Positions 15,001 through 27,339 are shown, numbered from the stretch's first letter. The stretch: 64,000 nucleotides of DNA from Octopus sinensis (GCF_006345805.1 NC_043001.1:56916001-56980000); one strand, 5' to 3'. Notes: generated by a model not told the origin, from the letters alone. Made by a program: numbers and translations.

Positions 15001-16170
15001 CAGATGATCTGTTTATAGTGATCAAATGTTTGTGTTCACTCCCTCCTTCTTGCCTAACAACCAGACAGATGATCTGTTTATAGTGATCAAATGTTTGTGT
15101 TCACTCCCTCCTTTTGCCTAAAACCAGACAGATGATCTGTTTATAGTGATCAGATGTGTTTGTGTTCACTCCCTCCTTCTTGTTGCCTAACAACCAGACA
15201 GATGATCTGTTTATAGTGATCAGATGTTTGTGTTCACTCCCTCTTCTCTCCCATCACTGCTTTGCCTAACAACCCGACAGATGATCTGTTTATAGTAGTG
15301 TCAGATGTTTGTGTTCACTCGCTCCTTCTTGCCTAACAACCAGACAGATGATCTGTTTATAGTGATCAGATGTTTGTGTTCACTCCCTACTTCTTGCCTA
15401 ACGACCAGACAGATGATCTGTTTATAGTGATCAAATGTTTGTGTTCACTCCCTCCTTCTTGCCTAACAACCAGACAGATGATCTGTTTATAGTGATCAGA
15501 TGTTTGTGTTCACTCCCTCCTTCTTGCTTAACAACCAGACATGTGATCTGTTTATAGTGATCAGATGTTTGTGTTCACTCCCTCCTTCTTGCCTAACAAC
15601 CAGACAGGTGATCTGTTTATAGTGATCAGATGTTTGTGTTCACTGCCTCCTTCTTGCCTAACAACCAGACAGATGATCTGTTTATAGTGATCAGATGTTT
15701 GTGTTCACTCCCTCCTTCTTGCTTAACAACCAGACAGATGATCTGTTTATAGTGATCAGATGTTTGTGTTCACTCGCTCCTTCTTGCCTAACAACCAGAC
15801 AGATGATCTGTTTATAGTGATCAGATGTTTGTGTTCACTCGCTCCTTCTTGCCTAACAACCAGACAGATGATCTGTTTATAGTGATCAAATGTTTGTGTT
15901 CACTCCCTCCTTCTTGCCTAACAACCAGACAGGTGATCTGTTTATAGTGATCAGATGTTTGTGTTCACTCCCTCTTTCTTGCCTAACAACCAGACAGATG
16001 ATCTCTTTATAGTGATCAAATGTTTGTGTTCACTCCCTCCTTCTTGCCTAACAACCAGACAGATGATCTGTTTATAGTGATCAGATGTTTGTGTTCACTC
16101 CATCCTTCTTGCCTAACAACCAGACAGATGATCTGTTTACAGTTATTAAATGTTTGAGTTCACTCCCTCC
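1..16170. repeat. 65-bp tandem satellite array, about 250 copies visible, continuing beyond the window start
   Basis: Consensus AACCAGACAGATGATCTGTTTATAGTGATCAGATGTTTGTGTTCACTCCCTCCTTCTTGCCTAAC repeats head-to-tail (unit starts at 1 and 66). 65 is not a multiple of 3 and all frames hit stops, so the ORFs here are artefacts. The last unit (about 16118-16170) is diverged. Confidence 0.99.
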
Positions 16171-16349
16171 GTCAAATCAAGATTACTTGCACAGGTGCAC
16201 CATATCCCACATGTCAGATGACGAAATGATTGCAGAGCAACTTGGAATGAAGTGCTTTACTCAAGAACACTACGCAACGCCGGGTCTGGGAATGGAACCT
16301 ACGATCTCGCAATCAGGAGTGTAACACCCACTAAGCCATGCGCCTTCAC
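16171..16349 (-). mobile_element. tRNA-derived SINE head and body, contiguous with the satellite
   Basis: The minus strand reads GTGAAGGCGCA-TGGCTTAGTGG (A box, 16338-16328), then GGTTCCATTCC (B box with one mismatch, 16299-16289), then GTGTTCTTGAGTAAAGCACTTCATTCCAAGTTGCTC. That last motif also occurs in the SINE at 58270-58520. Confidence 0.85.
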
Positions 16350-16779
16350 ATAAAATGTGTGTGTGTGTGTATGTGTGTGTGTATGTGACTGTGTGTACGT
16401 GTGTATACATGTTCATTTGTGTGTATGTGTGTATGTGTGTGCATGATAAGTTTTTGATTTAAGTAGGATAAGATAGTGCAGACATCGTGCAGAGAGAGCA
16501 TATCACGCATGAGATGGCAAAGAGTGGGGAATGCATTTGGACAAACATAGTGAATTGATTCATTGACAGAACGATTAACCGACTAATCAAACAATCGATC
16601 ATTGAATGGGTTAAATGGATGAGCAATCTACTTATAATAATAAAAGAAATGATACAGGACCACTGCATGTGGCTCTTATTAGTATAATGGTTATTGTAAT
16701 AGCTGTTCGGAGATATATCAAAAGAAATATGTACGTATTCATTTTATATGTGCATATAGACATATATAATACATACATA

Positions 16780-16792
16780 CATACACACATAC

Positions 16793-16823
<31 letters not shown>

Positions 16824-16855
16824 CATACATACATACATACATACATACATACATA
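16780..16855. repeat. (CATA)n microsatellite
   Basis: Direct reading; it abuts the mariner left TIR at a TA. Confidence 0.95.
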
Positions 16856-17733
16856 CGAGGTCTGATCGATATGTATCCGGACTGTTGCCATAGTAACAAA
16901 GCTGAAGCACGCAGCGTAAGCCGCTTAGCAAAGATTGACATTGAATACTGTTGAGCATGCGCCCTAAGTTCTAACGTTCTAGCTCACTTCTGCTGTTTAC
17001 AGCAGTGCTTGGAAGAAACGTGTGTAGTGTGTGATCGTCGCATTGGCCATTTAGAGAAAGTTTCATGGCGATACCTCTTCAGAGGCCTACGCAAAGTCGC
17101 AGAAAGTGTATAGAGAAGAATGTATGGGTCATACACAAGTGTACGAGTGTTTCTGACGTTTCCAAGATGGCCGAAAATATGTCGATATTGACGAACGTTC
17201 TGGGAGACCCACAAGCAGCAGAACTAAGAAAAACATCGCAGATGTGCGTGCAGCTGTAAGAGGATATCGTTGAATCGCCATCTGTGAGTTATTAGAAGAT
17301 GAGTTACGGTTCGGTTTAGTCCATTATCACTGAAGATTTGAGTATGAGACGTGTGTGTACCATGTTTGTGCCAAAACTGCTTTCAGCTAACCATAAAGAC
17401 TCTCGGGCTTCAGTTGCACAAGATCTCCTTGATTGTGTCGAGAATGAGGAAAATGTCTTGAACATTTTGCATAGGCCTTTGATCAGGTATCGCCAAGCTT
17501 TTAACAAAATTTGATGCAGATTTTCTGTTCAACTTTTTCTGTTATGGCCAATGCGACGATCATACGCTACCCACCTTCCTTCCAAGTACTTCTATAAACA
17601 GCAGAAGTGAGCTAGAAAATTAAAACTTAGAACCCATGCACGGCAGAGTTCAATTTGTGCCAGGCGGTTTCACACTGCGTGCTTTACCTTCCTGTCTATG
17701 GCAACAGTTCGGATACTTGTTGATCAGACTACG
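16856..17733 (+). mobile_element. Internally deleted mariner element with about 190-bp imperfect terminal inverted repeats
   Basis: TA-flanked ends CGAGGTCTGATC...TGTTGCCATAG and CTATGGCAACAG...GATCAGACTACG. Decayed transposase N-terminus AYAKSQKVYREECMGHTQVYECF*RFQDGRKYVDIDERSGRPT and ITEDLSMRRVCTMFVPKLL (WVPxxL motif). No DD34D domain is present. Confidence 0.9.
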
Positions 17734-17808
17734 TACACACATACATAGCTACCTACCTACCTACCTACCTACCTACCTACCTACCTACCTACCTGTTTAC
17801 ATACATAT

Positions 17809-17839
<31 letters not shown>

Positions 17840-18056
17840 CACGTGCACACATAGGTATATATAAACATGCATATATGAATATTTGTGCGTATATACAATT
17901 TTATACAAACACTTACACACACATATATATGTATGTGTCTATGTATGTACATAAATATAATCATAAATATATATCCATATATAGAGAGAGATATATAATT
18001 ATAAATATAAATATATATTTACATATATATGTGCACGTATAATTATAGACATAGAA

Positions 18057-18093
<37 letters not shown>

Positions 18094-18895
18094 ATATATA
18101 TACACATGTATAGGCACACACACACAAACACACACACAATGTGTGATGTGTCGTAAATGTGTGGGTTATAATTTTATGTAAAATTGTGTCCTAGTTAAGA
18201 ATCATTGAATATTTTAATGCCATAACAATTTTCCTCTTTGAAGAACCACAAAAACGCCACCCCACGAACGCAAACCACACAAAACTCTTTCGAAATATAA
18301 ATACTAAATAGGGATCAATTAGTTACATGGTCATAGGATGTGCTGAAAAATTTTTTTCACTTCTTATGTAACGTAACGCTGAAACTGAAAAGAATGTCAA
18401 CCAAATTTTGTGGAATTTTATTGCGACATTGTTTTCAGTGATTTTTTTTTTATTTCTTTGCTTCGATTTAATTTTGTGTGAAAACTCAAAGCCAAATTTT
18501 GCAATCTTCAACATTTTGCATAAAATATTCACACACATGCACATACAGACACTGGCAGAGAACACAAGAATACTCATATACTCACACATACACAGTAAAG
18601 GCAAAAAAGATTTTACACATTAAATTATAATAAAAAGAAAACACTCCCAATTTACACGATCTGTGTGTTTTTGCTCACACGCATAATAAACATACACATT
18701 GACATCTAAACATGCACATACATCTATTCACATCTATACTCACGCATTTAAAAAAAGAACAGAACCAACAATGTAGAGTGTATAAGGGAAAAATTTTACA
18801 GTTATGATTAATATTAAAAGATAAAAAGAATAATTTACGAGGTAAAACACAAAAAAGTGTTTGACGGGGAAATAGATAGCGTGATAAAGAAGAGG

Positions 18896-18897
<2 letters not shown>

Positions 18898-18949
<52 letters not shown>

Positions 18950-19229
18950 CAGAGAGTAAGAGAGACAGAGAGAGACAGAGAGTCGGAGAGAGAGATAGAA
19001 AGAGAGTGAAATAGAGAGAAAGAGAAAGAGAAAGACAGAGAAATAGAAAGAGAGATAGATAGAATGTATATGAGAGAGAGAGAGAGGAAGAGAGAGACAG
19101 AGAGAGACAGAGAGTCGGAGAGAGATAGAAAGAGAGTGAAAGAGAGAGAAAGAGAAATAGAAAGACAGAGAAATAGAAAGAGAGATAGATAGAATGTATT
19201 TTGAGAGAGAGAGAGAGAGAGAGAGAGAA
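18898..19229. repeat. (AG)n-rich tract with an internal duplication of about 130 bp
   Basis: GAGACAGAGAGTCGGAGAGAGATAGAAA and GACAGAGAAATAGAAAGAGAGATAGATAGAATGTAT each occur twice. Confidence 0.9.
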
Positions 19230-19919
19230 AAGTAAAACAGTGAAATTGAATATTCATGACTATTTCAAGTCATCTGATAATAATATTTCATCCCTTCAAG
19301 ACGTGATTATAGCATTTATTTCTTTTGTTTTATTTTATTTTCATGTCTTCTTTTATTTCAATTTTATTGAAAACTTAGCAAGCAAGAAAGAAAAAGGAAG
19401 AAAAACTAAAGCAAAAAAAAAAAAAAATCGCAAACAAACAAAAATGTAATATAATAAACAGAACAAAATATCTTGAAAATGAAAATAAAAGCACAAACTA
19501 TTTTAGAAAAATGGTTTTTATTCATTGTGATTTGAGAATGGAAAGACAGCGAACGTAGTTTTCTGAGAGGCAGCACAGATGTGGACGTTTTCTTCAGACG
19601 TTTCTAAGACATGATTGTGCAAAATAATTATTTATATCTTTCCCGTGTTGAAGGATATAGAATGAAACAAGATGCTACTATTCTTGTTTTGTATTTTGTT
19701 TCCATCATCATTGGTTTATAAAGTAAATAAATGAAGGAAAATTCGGTATAAGCAGACTCCACAGATGACAAGACTCACAATAAATTCTTCCTGAAGTTAT
19801 GGTCAACGTCATCCGTTAACCCAAACATTCTAACCCATTCAACTAGTATGTATATGTGTGTATGTATGTATGTATTTACGAGAGTGTATGTGTATATGTA
19901 TGTGTGAATGCATGCATGT

Positions 19920-19984
<65 letters not shown>

Positions 19985-22900
19985 TATATGTATATATATA
20001 CATACATACACACACATATATTTAATCGTATGTTTGTATGTATGTATATATGAATGTATGTATGTATGGATGTAGGTTTGTAAGCATATAATGCACGTAC
20101 TCACACATTTACATATGTTATTTGAAAATATTTTATTAATGTATGCTGTTTTAACACTGTACTGATATATTCTTACACTCGACCTCATCTCTAATTGATA
20201 CGACAAATGATCAAAGACATCCGCCAAAATAACTCGTCTGTTAATAAGGAAGAGCGTATTTAGAATTCCCTTATTGAAAGACAAAGATAATTGCAAGGGA
20301 ATTTATTTGCTGTTTAGTGCAACCCTAGGGTGAATAGGGAAACTTTTCGTTAGCTTCTCTCACTGACGTTGTTAGTCCAGGTATTGCTAAGTATCGATGA
20401 TGATCATTTGATCTCTTAAAGACTGTCCTGAGATACATCCAGGACATTCCAGCCAGGACGTTCCTCTCTGCTATTCATGGATTATTTGAGTAACTAAGTT
20501 TGGCATCTCCTTTATTTCTAAGATTAAAGAGTGAAATATTAGAATGAATTTTTAAGTAATGTTAGCGCATCATGCGCTAGTAAATTGCCTCGTGTTTTCG
20601 TTTCTGGCCTTTTCCTTTATTTATATTGTGATTAACTATTACTATTACCATCTGTGCATCCCTGACACCTGGGTGTTTGGATTCCTAAAAATATATTTAC
20701 TTGAAATAATAATTCTCTGAAGCTTCTCCTAACTTTAGTTAAAGCTGTGTTGCAAAATCTTTACTTTTTGTACCGCAGTCTAACAAACTATTTCAAACGT
20801 TAAGTAAAAATAAACATTAAAAACAAACCAAAGAATGAAAAGTATCCAAGAAGATTTGTGGAAATATCTGCCGGCAAAAAGTATATTTGTTAGTAGAAAT
20901 TTGTATTTATTGTTTTCAAACTGAGTTTGTAGCATAAAATAATTTTCTGCCTCACCACTTGTCTTTCTTTCACAAAAGACGTTCCCTTTTTAATTAATTT
21001 TTTTTACCTAAGGACTTTGTCCAAAATGACAGAAATCCCTCGGAGATGTTTACCAACTTAAGAAACTCGACTATTATATCTGTAAAATATCAAAAGTCTG
21101 CGAAAGAGATCCTAACTCTTCACTTAATATGTTAGAAGTAGCAGCCAAATACTCCTTCCAAGCAAATCATACTATCTTGAAAAACGAAGAAGAATACAGT
21201 AGATGACATAGTGCAAGATACATTATGAAGGAAAAAAGAGATGAATACTATTAGTTCCATGTTTGCTTGACCTGAACTAGACAAGGAAAAATAATTTATA
21301 TAAGAGCTGAATTACCAGAAGTACCTTACAAAATGGAAGAAAACTAGTTTTGGTTTAGTTTAACAAGAGGCAAAAGGAGTGTAATTATTCGTGTAGTAGC
21401 AATCGTTGTTGCTGCTACCATTGACGTTGCCGTAGATGTTGTTTAGCACATTTCCAGCCTTGCTTGAAAAGGCTTATAATCAAAGATATTGTAACTAGTG
21501 ATATTCTGTCTTTTCAGATATATAATACATGCATCATCTAGTTTATCGTTCCTTATTTAAAGACTGCATGTATGACGCGATTTGAGACAGATAAAGCTGA
21601 TAATTCTAGTAGGTAGCACTACGATGCAGAAACACTTTCGATGGCACCTACGTTTCTATTTATAGAACATCCTACCAAAATATAGATGGTTAATTTCTTC
21701 CACATACGTCCATTATGAGTGTGCAGAGAATTTTAAATATCAAATCTCGAAAAAACAGCCTAACGATAAGGCCACGATGTCTAACCAGGACAATTATACA
21801 ACAATAATTTCAGATGGTAACAAAGTTTAAGAAGTCGGAAAACGTTTGAAAATTTCTATGATATTTATTGAGACAGTACTGTATAAGAAGGATCAATTGA
21901 AAGGCCTACCATCATATACCCAATTATAAACGAATGTAGCTAAAAATTGGATAATGTACTCTAAAATAGATGAATATACAAATATATATAAAGATATAGA
22001 GACTGGAAGATGCATACGTACTTTTATAGGAAATGTGTTAAGGCCGAAAGGTAGCGTCGATGCTTCCTAGGGCTAAACAGCGGTGGTGTAATTCCCTTAC
22101 AGGACAGTCACGTTAAGTATACAACCACAGTATCTACAAAATAATCTCGTAAAACAGGAGCTACCAGGTAAAAAAAATGATACATATTTTATATTCTGGT
22201 AATTCGATTCGTAAAACGGAACAAAATATGTGTCACTTAACAATTGTTGCTAAAGCTACTCCAGAATAGAGCATTGATTCGGTTAAAAACCAAACCATTA
22301 TTTATGGGAAGAATTTATTGGATTAAAAAGTACTTTCATGCATCTATACTCTCATACACTCACTCTAAAGTACAATGATTTTCACTCTTGTGAATCTGAA
22401 CGTTGTAATGCTTACCATCCGAGCACATATGACACAGGGATTTCATACGTTCCTTTAATCAACCTACTCTACCATGTCTAACAAGTCGTACACCAAGCAC
22501 TTTTCACAACGTTCTGTTCCATCGTCGAAACGCTATAGAGTATTAAATTTATCTACCTAAAGATGTTTAAGATTGATATATAGTCTACAAGTTCAAATTC
22601 TTGAGAGAACGTTTAAATACCTTGAGAAGTTCCCTCCCTTTTCTGAATAACTAGTAAAACATGTAAATGTTTGCATACATGCATACATACATGCATACAT
22701 ACGTACATACATTATAGGCATACAGACAGACAAAATAACTACAAGCAAACATACAGCATGCATGCATACATGCACACATATATATATATACATACACGCC
22801 TGGAAGAGTATAAAGTTATGGGCGTGCCACAATTTACATATAAATCGGGAAGAAAGCATGTGTGATATAGATAAATATCACAAACACTTACATATCAATA

Positions 22901-23940
22901 TATGATGCTTCTACAGAAGAGATAACATAATTGAATATAAAATATTTATGATTATGAAATTCAATAATGACTTATCAGGAAATAATCTAATAATGAAACG
23001 CTACGATCTAACAACGTTTTGAGGAACGAATTTGCTATCGCGTTGTGCTAACTCAAGGGGTATATGTAACTATTTGTGGAATTTTTTGTTGATATGAAGC
23101 AAACAGTATTTTAAAAATCAATAACAAAAAATTGAGGTGGCTTTGCATTGACATAATTATCAGAAATTACTGAAATTAATTTAATGTTAGATTTATGATA
23201 CTAAATATATGCTACAAAATGCATCAAATTCAGATATCAAGATATGCATCAAAACGAATTTTCATAATTTAATTTTTTAAATCATAATATCTTTATTAAT
23301 ATTAAAGATTGAAATCTGGCGGAAGGAAATATTGCTTAAAATATATTTGAAAATATCTGCAATAATTTGATAAATTGAAAATAATCTGCCTGATGTGCAA
23401 TAGCAACTGTATAGAGGACCAGCTGTTAGGTATCTAAGAAAGAGACCACTGGTATTATGAGTTTAACTTATGGGTGGGAGGATATGATGTCCCTACAAGC
23501 GTGCATACATGATATGAATATGTTAACCCTGCAGGGTAAAAAGGTACTATGTGCTGATAAGTAGTAAATACTTAGAGCAAGTTACAGAATAAATGCTTGT
23601 GAAACACAATGTTGGTAGTAAAATGATAATACTGATAGCAGTGAGGCAAATGAGGATAATTGTTTTTAATAGATACATACATAGAAATTAAATTGCAATT
23701 GATTCCAAAATTAACAGTCACAATATTCAGCACAGCATTTCCTCTCTCTTGTCACATTTCTCTATATTGCCTAAAAGTTCTTAAAAGCAAGATACACACT
23801 AAAAGAGCCAAGTGAAACGGCTTTATATGTATGTGTTGTATGTATGTATGTATGTATGTCTGTATGTCTGTATGTATATAAGTATGTATGTCTGTATGTC
23901 TGTGTATGTATGTATGCATGTATGTATGTATGTATGTATG

Positions 23941-24410
23941 TCATTATTCAGTTTTATTTCAAGATTTCTTGCTAATAGAGAAAGATCTGGTTTCTAACCA
24001 ATATCTAAGGCACCTTCATTAGAATTTCAACAAGATAAAAGGGTATCTTTTTATGCATGTATATGTCTAAATTTGTGCGTTTTATTTTATGTATATATTC
24101 TCATGCATATAGCTGCATGTCTAGACATGCTTAAAGTTTTACAGATTTTTACGTTTCTATTGATGGCTTGGATATGTAGTCTTTGAATCAGCTTTTCTTT
24201 TCTGTTTTTTGGGGAAGCTTAAATTCTCAAGATTGGTATCTAGGCAATATGTTACATATCCCAATATCCCAATAATTACAGGTATAAACCTCAACTTCTA
24301 ATCTAGATAGAGTAGCTGTAAATTCCTCCATAGTACAGTGTAGGTATCTTCTTTTTTACTGATATTTAGCTTTATATTAACATACGCTGCGCAGCTGATT
24401 TCAACACCTG
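23941..24410 (-). mobile_element. 3' end of an R2-group (R4/Dong-like) LINE: restriction-like endonuclease C-terminus and 3' UTR
   Basis: The minus strand translates with breaks to VEISCAAYVNIKLNISKKEDTYTVLWRNLQLLYLD*KLRFIPVIIGILGYVTYCLDTNLENLSFPKK...IQRLHIQAI. This has the E...K...Y and P.IIG.LG pattern of RLE domains. Flanked on both sides by (TATG)n. Confidence 0.7.
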
Positions 24411-25323
24411 TATGCATGCATGCATGTATGTATGTATGTATGTATGTATGTATGTATGTGTATGTATGTATGTCTTTGTATTAAATTTACACACATACAC
24501 ACACAATGCAATATATCTTCTCTATTTATATCCCATTACTAAAAAGTTATTTCTAGGCATTAAACTTCAGTGGAATAGGACTTAAAAAGAATTCCACTAT
24601 AATCAGAAGATACATCGATAATGGAATATCGTAGGCTGGGTGTCAGGTTAATTACAAACAAGGCACGACATAGCGTATTTTCGGTGTCTTTCAACTGTAC
24701 AGACGTTTTTTCTGCCATCGATCCAATTATTTAGCCTTAGTTATGCAAATTTTGAAAACCCGATCCGTATAAGAAACTTGTGATTAGTATGCAAATATTT
24801 TCCTTCTGCCAAGTTTCTGTGGTCTCATTTCATCACCCGCAGTATTAGCAATTTGCCGAGACAAGGTTACGCCTGCACATATTTACTTGGTTCACTCCTT
24901 TCCTTTTTTAGTAACAGTTTCTCTTTGTGGCCATTCTTTCAAGCGACATGAGCACGGAAGTCAAAAACTTGTACACATCAAGTATAAATCGAAATTAAAT
25001 CTAGATTTCCATTGCTCATCTTCGATCAGGTGATGGGACACTTAGAAATTTCATTGTGGATCGTGTAGTAATCTCCACCGTTACAGAAAAGCAGCATTCT
25101 TAGTAATAAACCTTTTTCTAAACAACATTCATGTGGCTCATAACTAAATGGGTTTCATGTTACATTTGTAACAGATAGGCAGAACGAATATCTTTCAATA
25201 TAATTTACTTTAACACACATTATCATCCAGCTTTACGTTGCTCTGCATTTATCATCTGGCCGAAACTCTAAAATATAAAAGACACAAGAACGTCTTTATA
25301 AATCATACACACACACACACACA

Positions 25324-25364
<41 letters not shown>

Positions 25365-26049
25365 TGTTTTGCACTGTTTAATATAAATTCATCTAAATGC
25401 TTAAAGCTGTAAACGATTCTCTCCCCTTCATTAGTAGTCAACCACATGCTTCTAAGTCTCTGGTTGTATTTCTGATATCATCCATATAAACAGGTGACAA
25501 GATGCCACTGTGAGATAAAAAAAATGATACCAATCCTAAATCATCCCGACAGATAACACGACATGAAAATGCGGCTAGAAAATGCATTTTTTGCACTCGA
25601 GAAGAACATACGAGTACGAGCTAATGTATTTGTTCACAGAGAGAACATTAACAGTCTACACAAAGAAATTTTAAGCGAGGCAAATCTGGAAGTACTTTAC
25701 TAGCATTTAAGAAATTTCTTTCTCTAGCTTAATTAATTGCAAGTCTCTCATTACATCTTTTCTCTACTGTTGGAAAAAAGAATAGGGAAATACAATAAGC
25801 TAAATTTATTTCAAGTCCCGAGATATATCGTGCTGACGAGTCCGAAAGGAGGGCGCACTAGTGGTATACACCTGTGACTTTAAGAAATGCATCTCATGGA
25901 AGTGATAATAAATAAATAAATAATTTATATAGAAATATATGTATGTTGATCACTGTTTATGAACATCCTTAAAGCTAGAAGCAGTTCTCTTCCCTCCTCA
26001 AGTAGTCAACCACGTATGTATGTATGTATGTATGTATGTATGTATGTTT

Positions 26050-26810
26050 TCCAACTGAAAATAACGGAAGAAGGAGAGATGCATACCGAGTTCTACAGGG
26101 AAGCAGGCCGTAGAGATATGGTTGTTCAGTACAGTTCAGCCCTTCCACTCGGTGTCAAAATAGGATACGCCAGAAATGAACTTCCACGCATCCAGATCAA
26201 GTGCAGCAGGACGGAGGGCAAGGTGACCAACACCACACGCTTCCTAGAGATATTGAAAACCAACGGGTACCCTATATCCATAGTAAATCGGCTTAAGTAC
26301 CCAAGACGACAAACACACCGAACACACAGAAAACCCAGCAACACATGCTTCCTTAAAATACCCCATTTTAGCGTGAGGGTAACTACAGCCATCCGAAGAG
26401 CTATAAGAAAAGGATTAAACATACAACTAGCCCACTCCGGCCCCTCTCTGAGAAGACATCTCGCAAAGAAACGAACAAGGGACAAAAATCAATGCACACT
26501 AAGAAACTGTCCCAACCGTGACACAAATTTAAGCCACACGAGTAAATGTTATGTATAGAATACAATGTAACAAATGCGACAAGTTCTATGTGGGTAGCAC
26601 AACAAGACCGTTACACATTCGCACCAAAGAACATCTGAACGCAAGAACCTCCTCTTTCAGAAAACATCTAGACAGATGCCGGAACACCGACAAAAGCATA
26701 ACAGTCAATTATTGAGGTCAATAAAAAAAAACTTGGTTAATCTAAGAATTAAGGAAGCTATCCTCATAGGCAGACTAGGGCCCCAGATATCAACAGGCTG
26801 GAGCTTGGCA
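26050..26810 (+). pseudogene. Penelope-like element fragment: RT C-terminus/linker and GIY-YIG endonuclease, frameshifted
   Basis: ORF 25959-26558 carries the RT-end/linker (LKTNGYP...FLKIPHFS). From 26548 a shifted frame gives VMYRIQCNKCDKFYVGSTTRPLHIRTKEHL, the PLE-type GIY-YIG motif with CxxC, followed by LRIKEAILI. Confidence 0.9.
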
Positions 26811-27065
26811 ATCAATATATCTTTTAGCTATATCTGGATGCGTGTAGGTTCATGTTTGATAACATGCTCATATATTATGAAAAAAAAGAAAAGAAAAATA
26901 AACTGCACGTATAATACATAACTTAGGAGCAGCGCTGCGGATGTGCCAACACGCTTGAGACATGGCCGCCCTCACGCACTTCTCACGCTACCGAAAAGAA
27001 AAAACATAATAACTTCAGTAACCGTTGGAACACCGATTATAGCAGTGAGTCGATCAATTCCTAAC

Positions 27066-27113
27066 GATATCTGAAGAAAGAATGTTTGTATTCTGAAATA
27101 TTATTATTATATC
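27066..27113 (+). ncRNA. Minimal type I hammerhead ribozyme fold downstream of the Penelope-like ORF
   Basis: P1 GATAT/ATATC; core CTGAAGA plus one extra A; P2 AGAAT/ATTCT; GAAA; short P3 (A-T, T-A, A-T); cleavage triplet AUU. Confidence 0.65.
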
Positions 27114-27198
27114 AGACTATGGATAATTAAATTATAAACAGTTATTACAGTTCACTCTGTATAGTTGTGCCATTGAAGGCACGTTATATTTTGAATGT

Positions 27199-27235
<37 letters not shown>

Positions 27236-27308
27236 TGTATGTATGTATGTATGTATGTATGTATGTATGTATGCATGTATGTATGTATGTATATATATAT
27301 ATGTATGC

Positions 27309-27339
<31 letters not shown>

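Noticed and set aside
1-16170. CRISPR-like array, coding repeat or satellite-encoded hammerhead
   Set aside because: There are no unique spacers, and the 65-bp period breaks all frames. The minus strand has CTGATCA rather than CTGANGA and no GAAA core strand.
16085-16324. 79-aa ORF crossing the satellite/SINE junction
   Set aside because: A chance frame across repeat and antisense SINE sequence, with no protein similarity recognised.
24740-24800. Two ATGCAAAT octamer motifs about 45 bp apart
   Set aside because: No snRNA-like gene or proximal element is recognisable nearby, and such matches are plausible by chance in AT-rich DNA.
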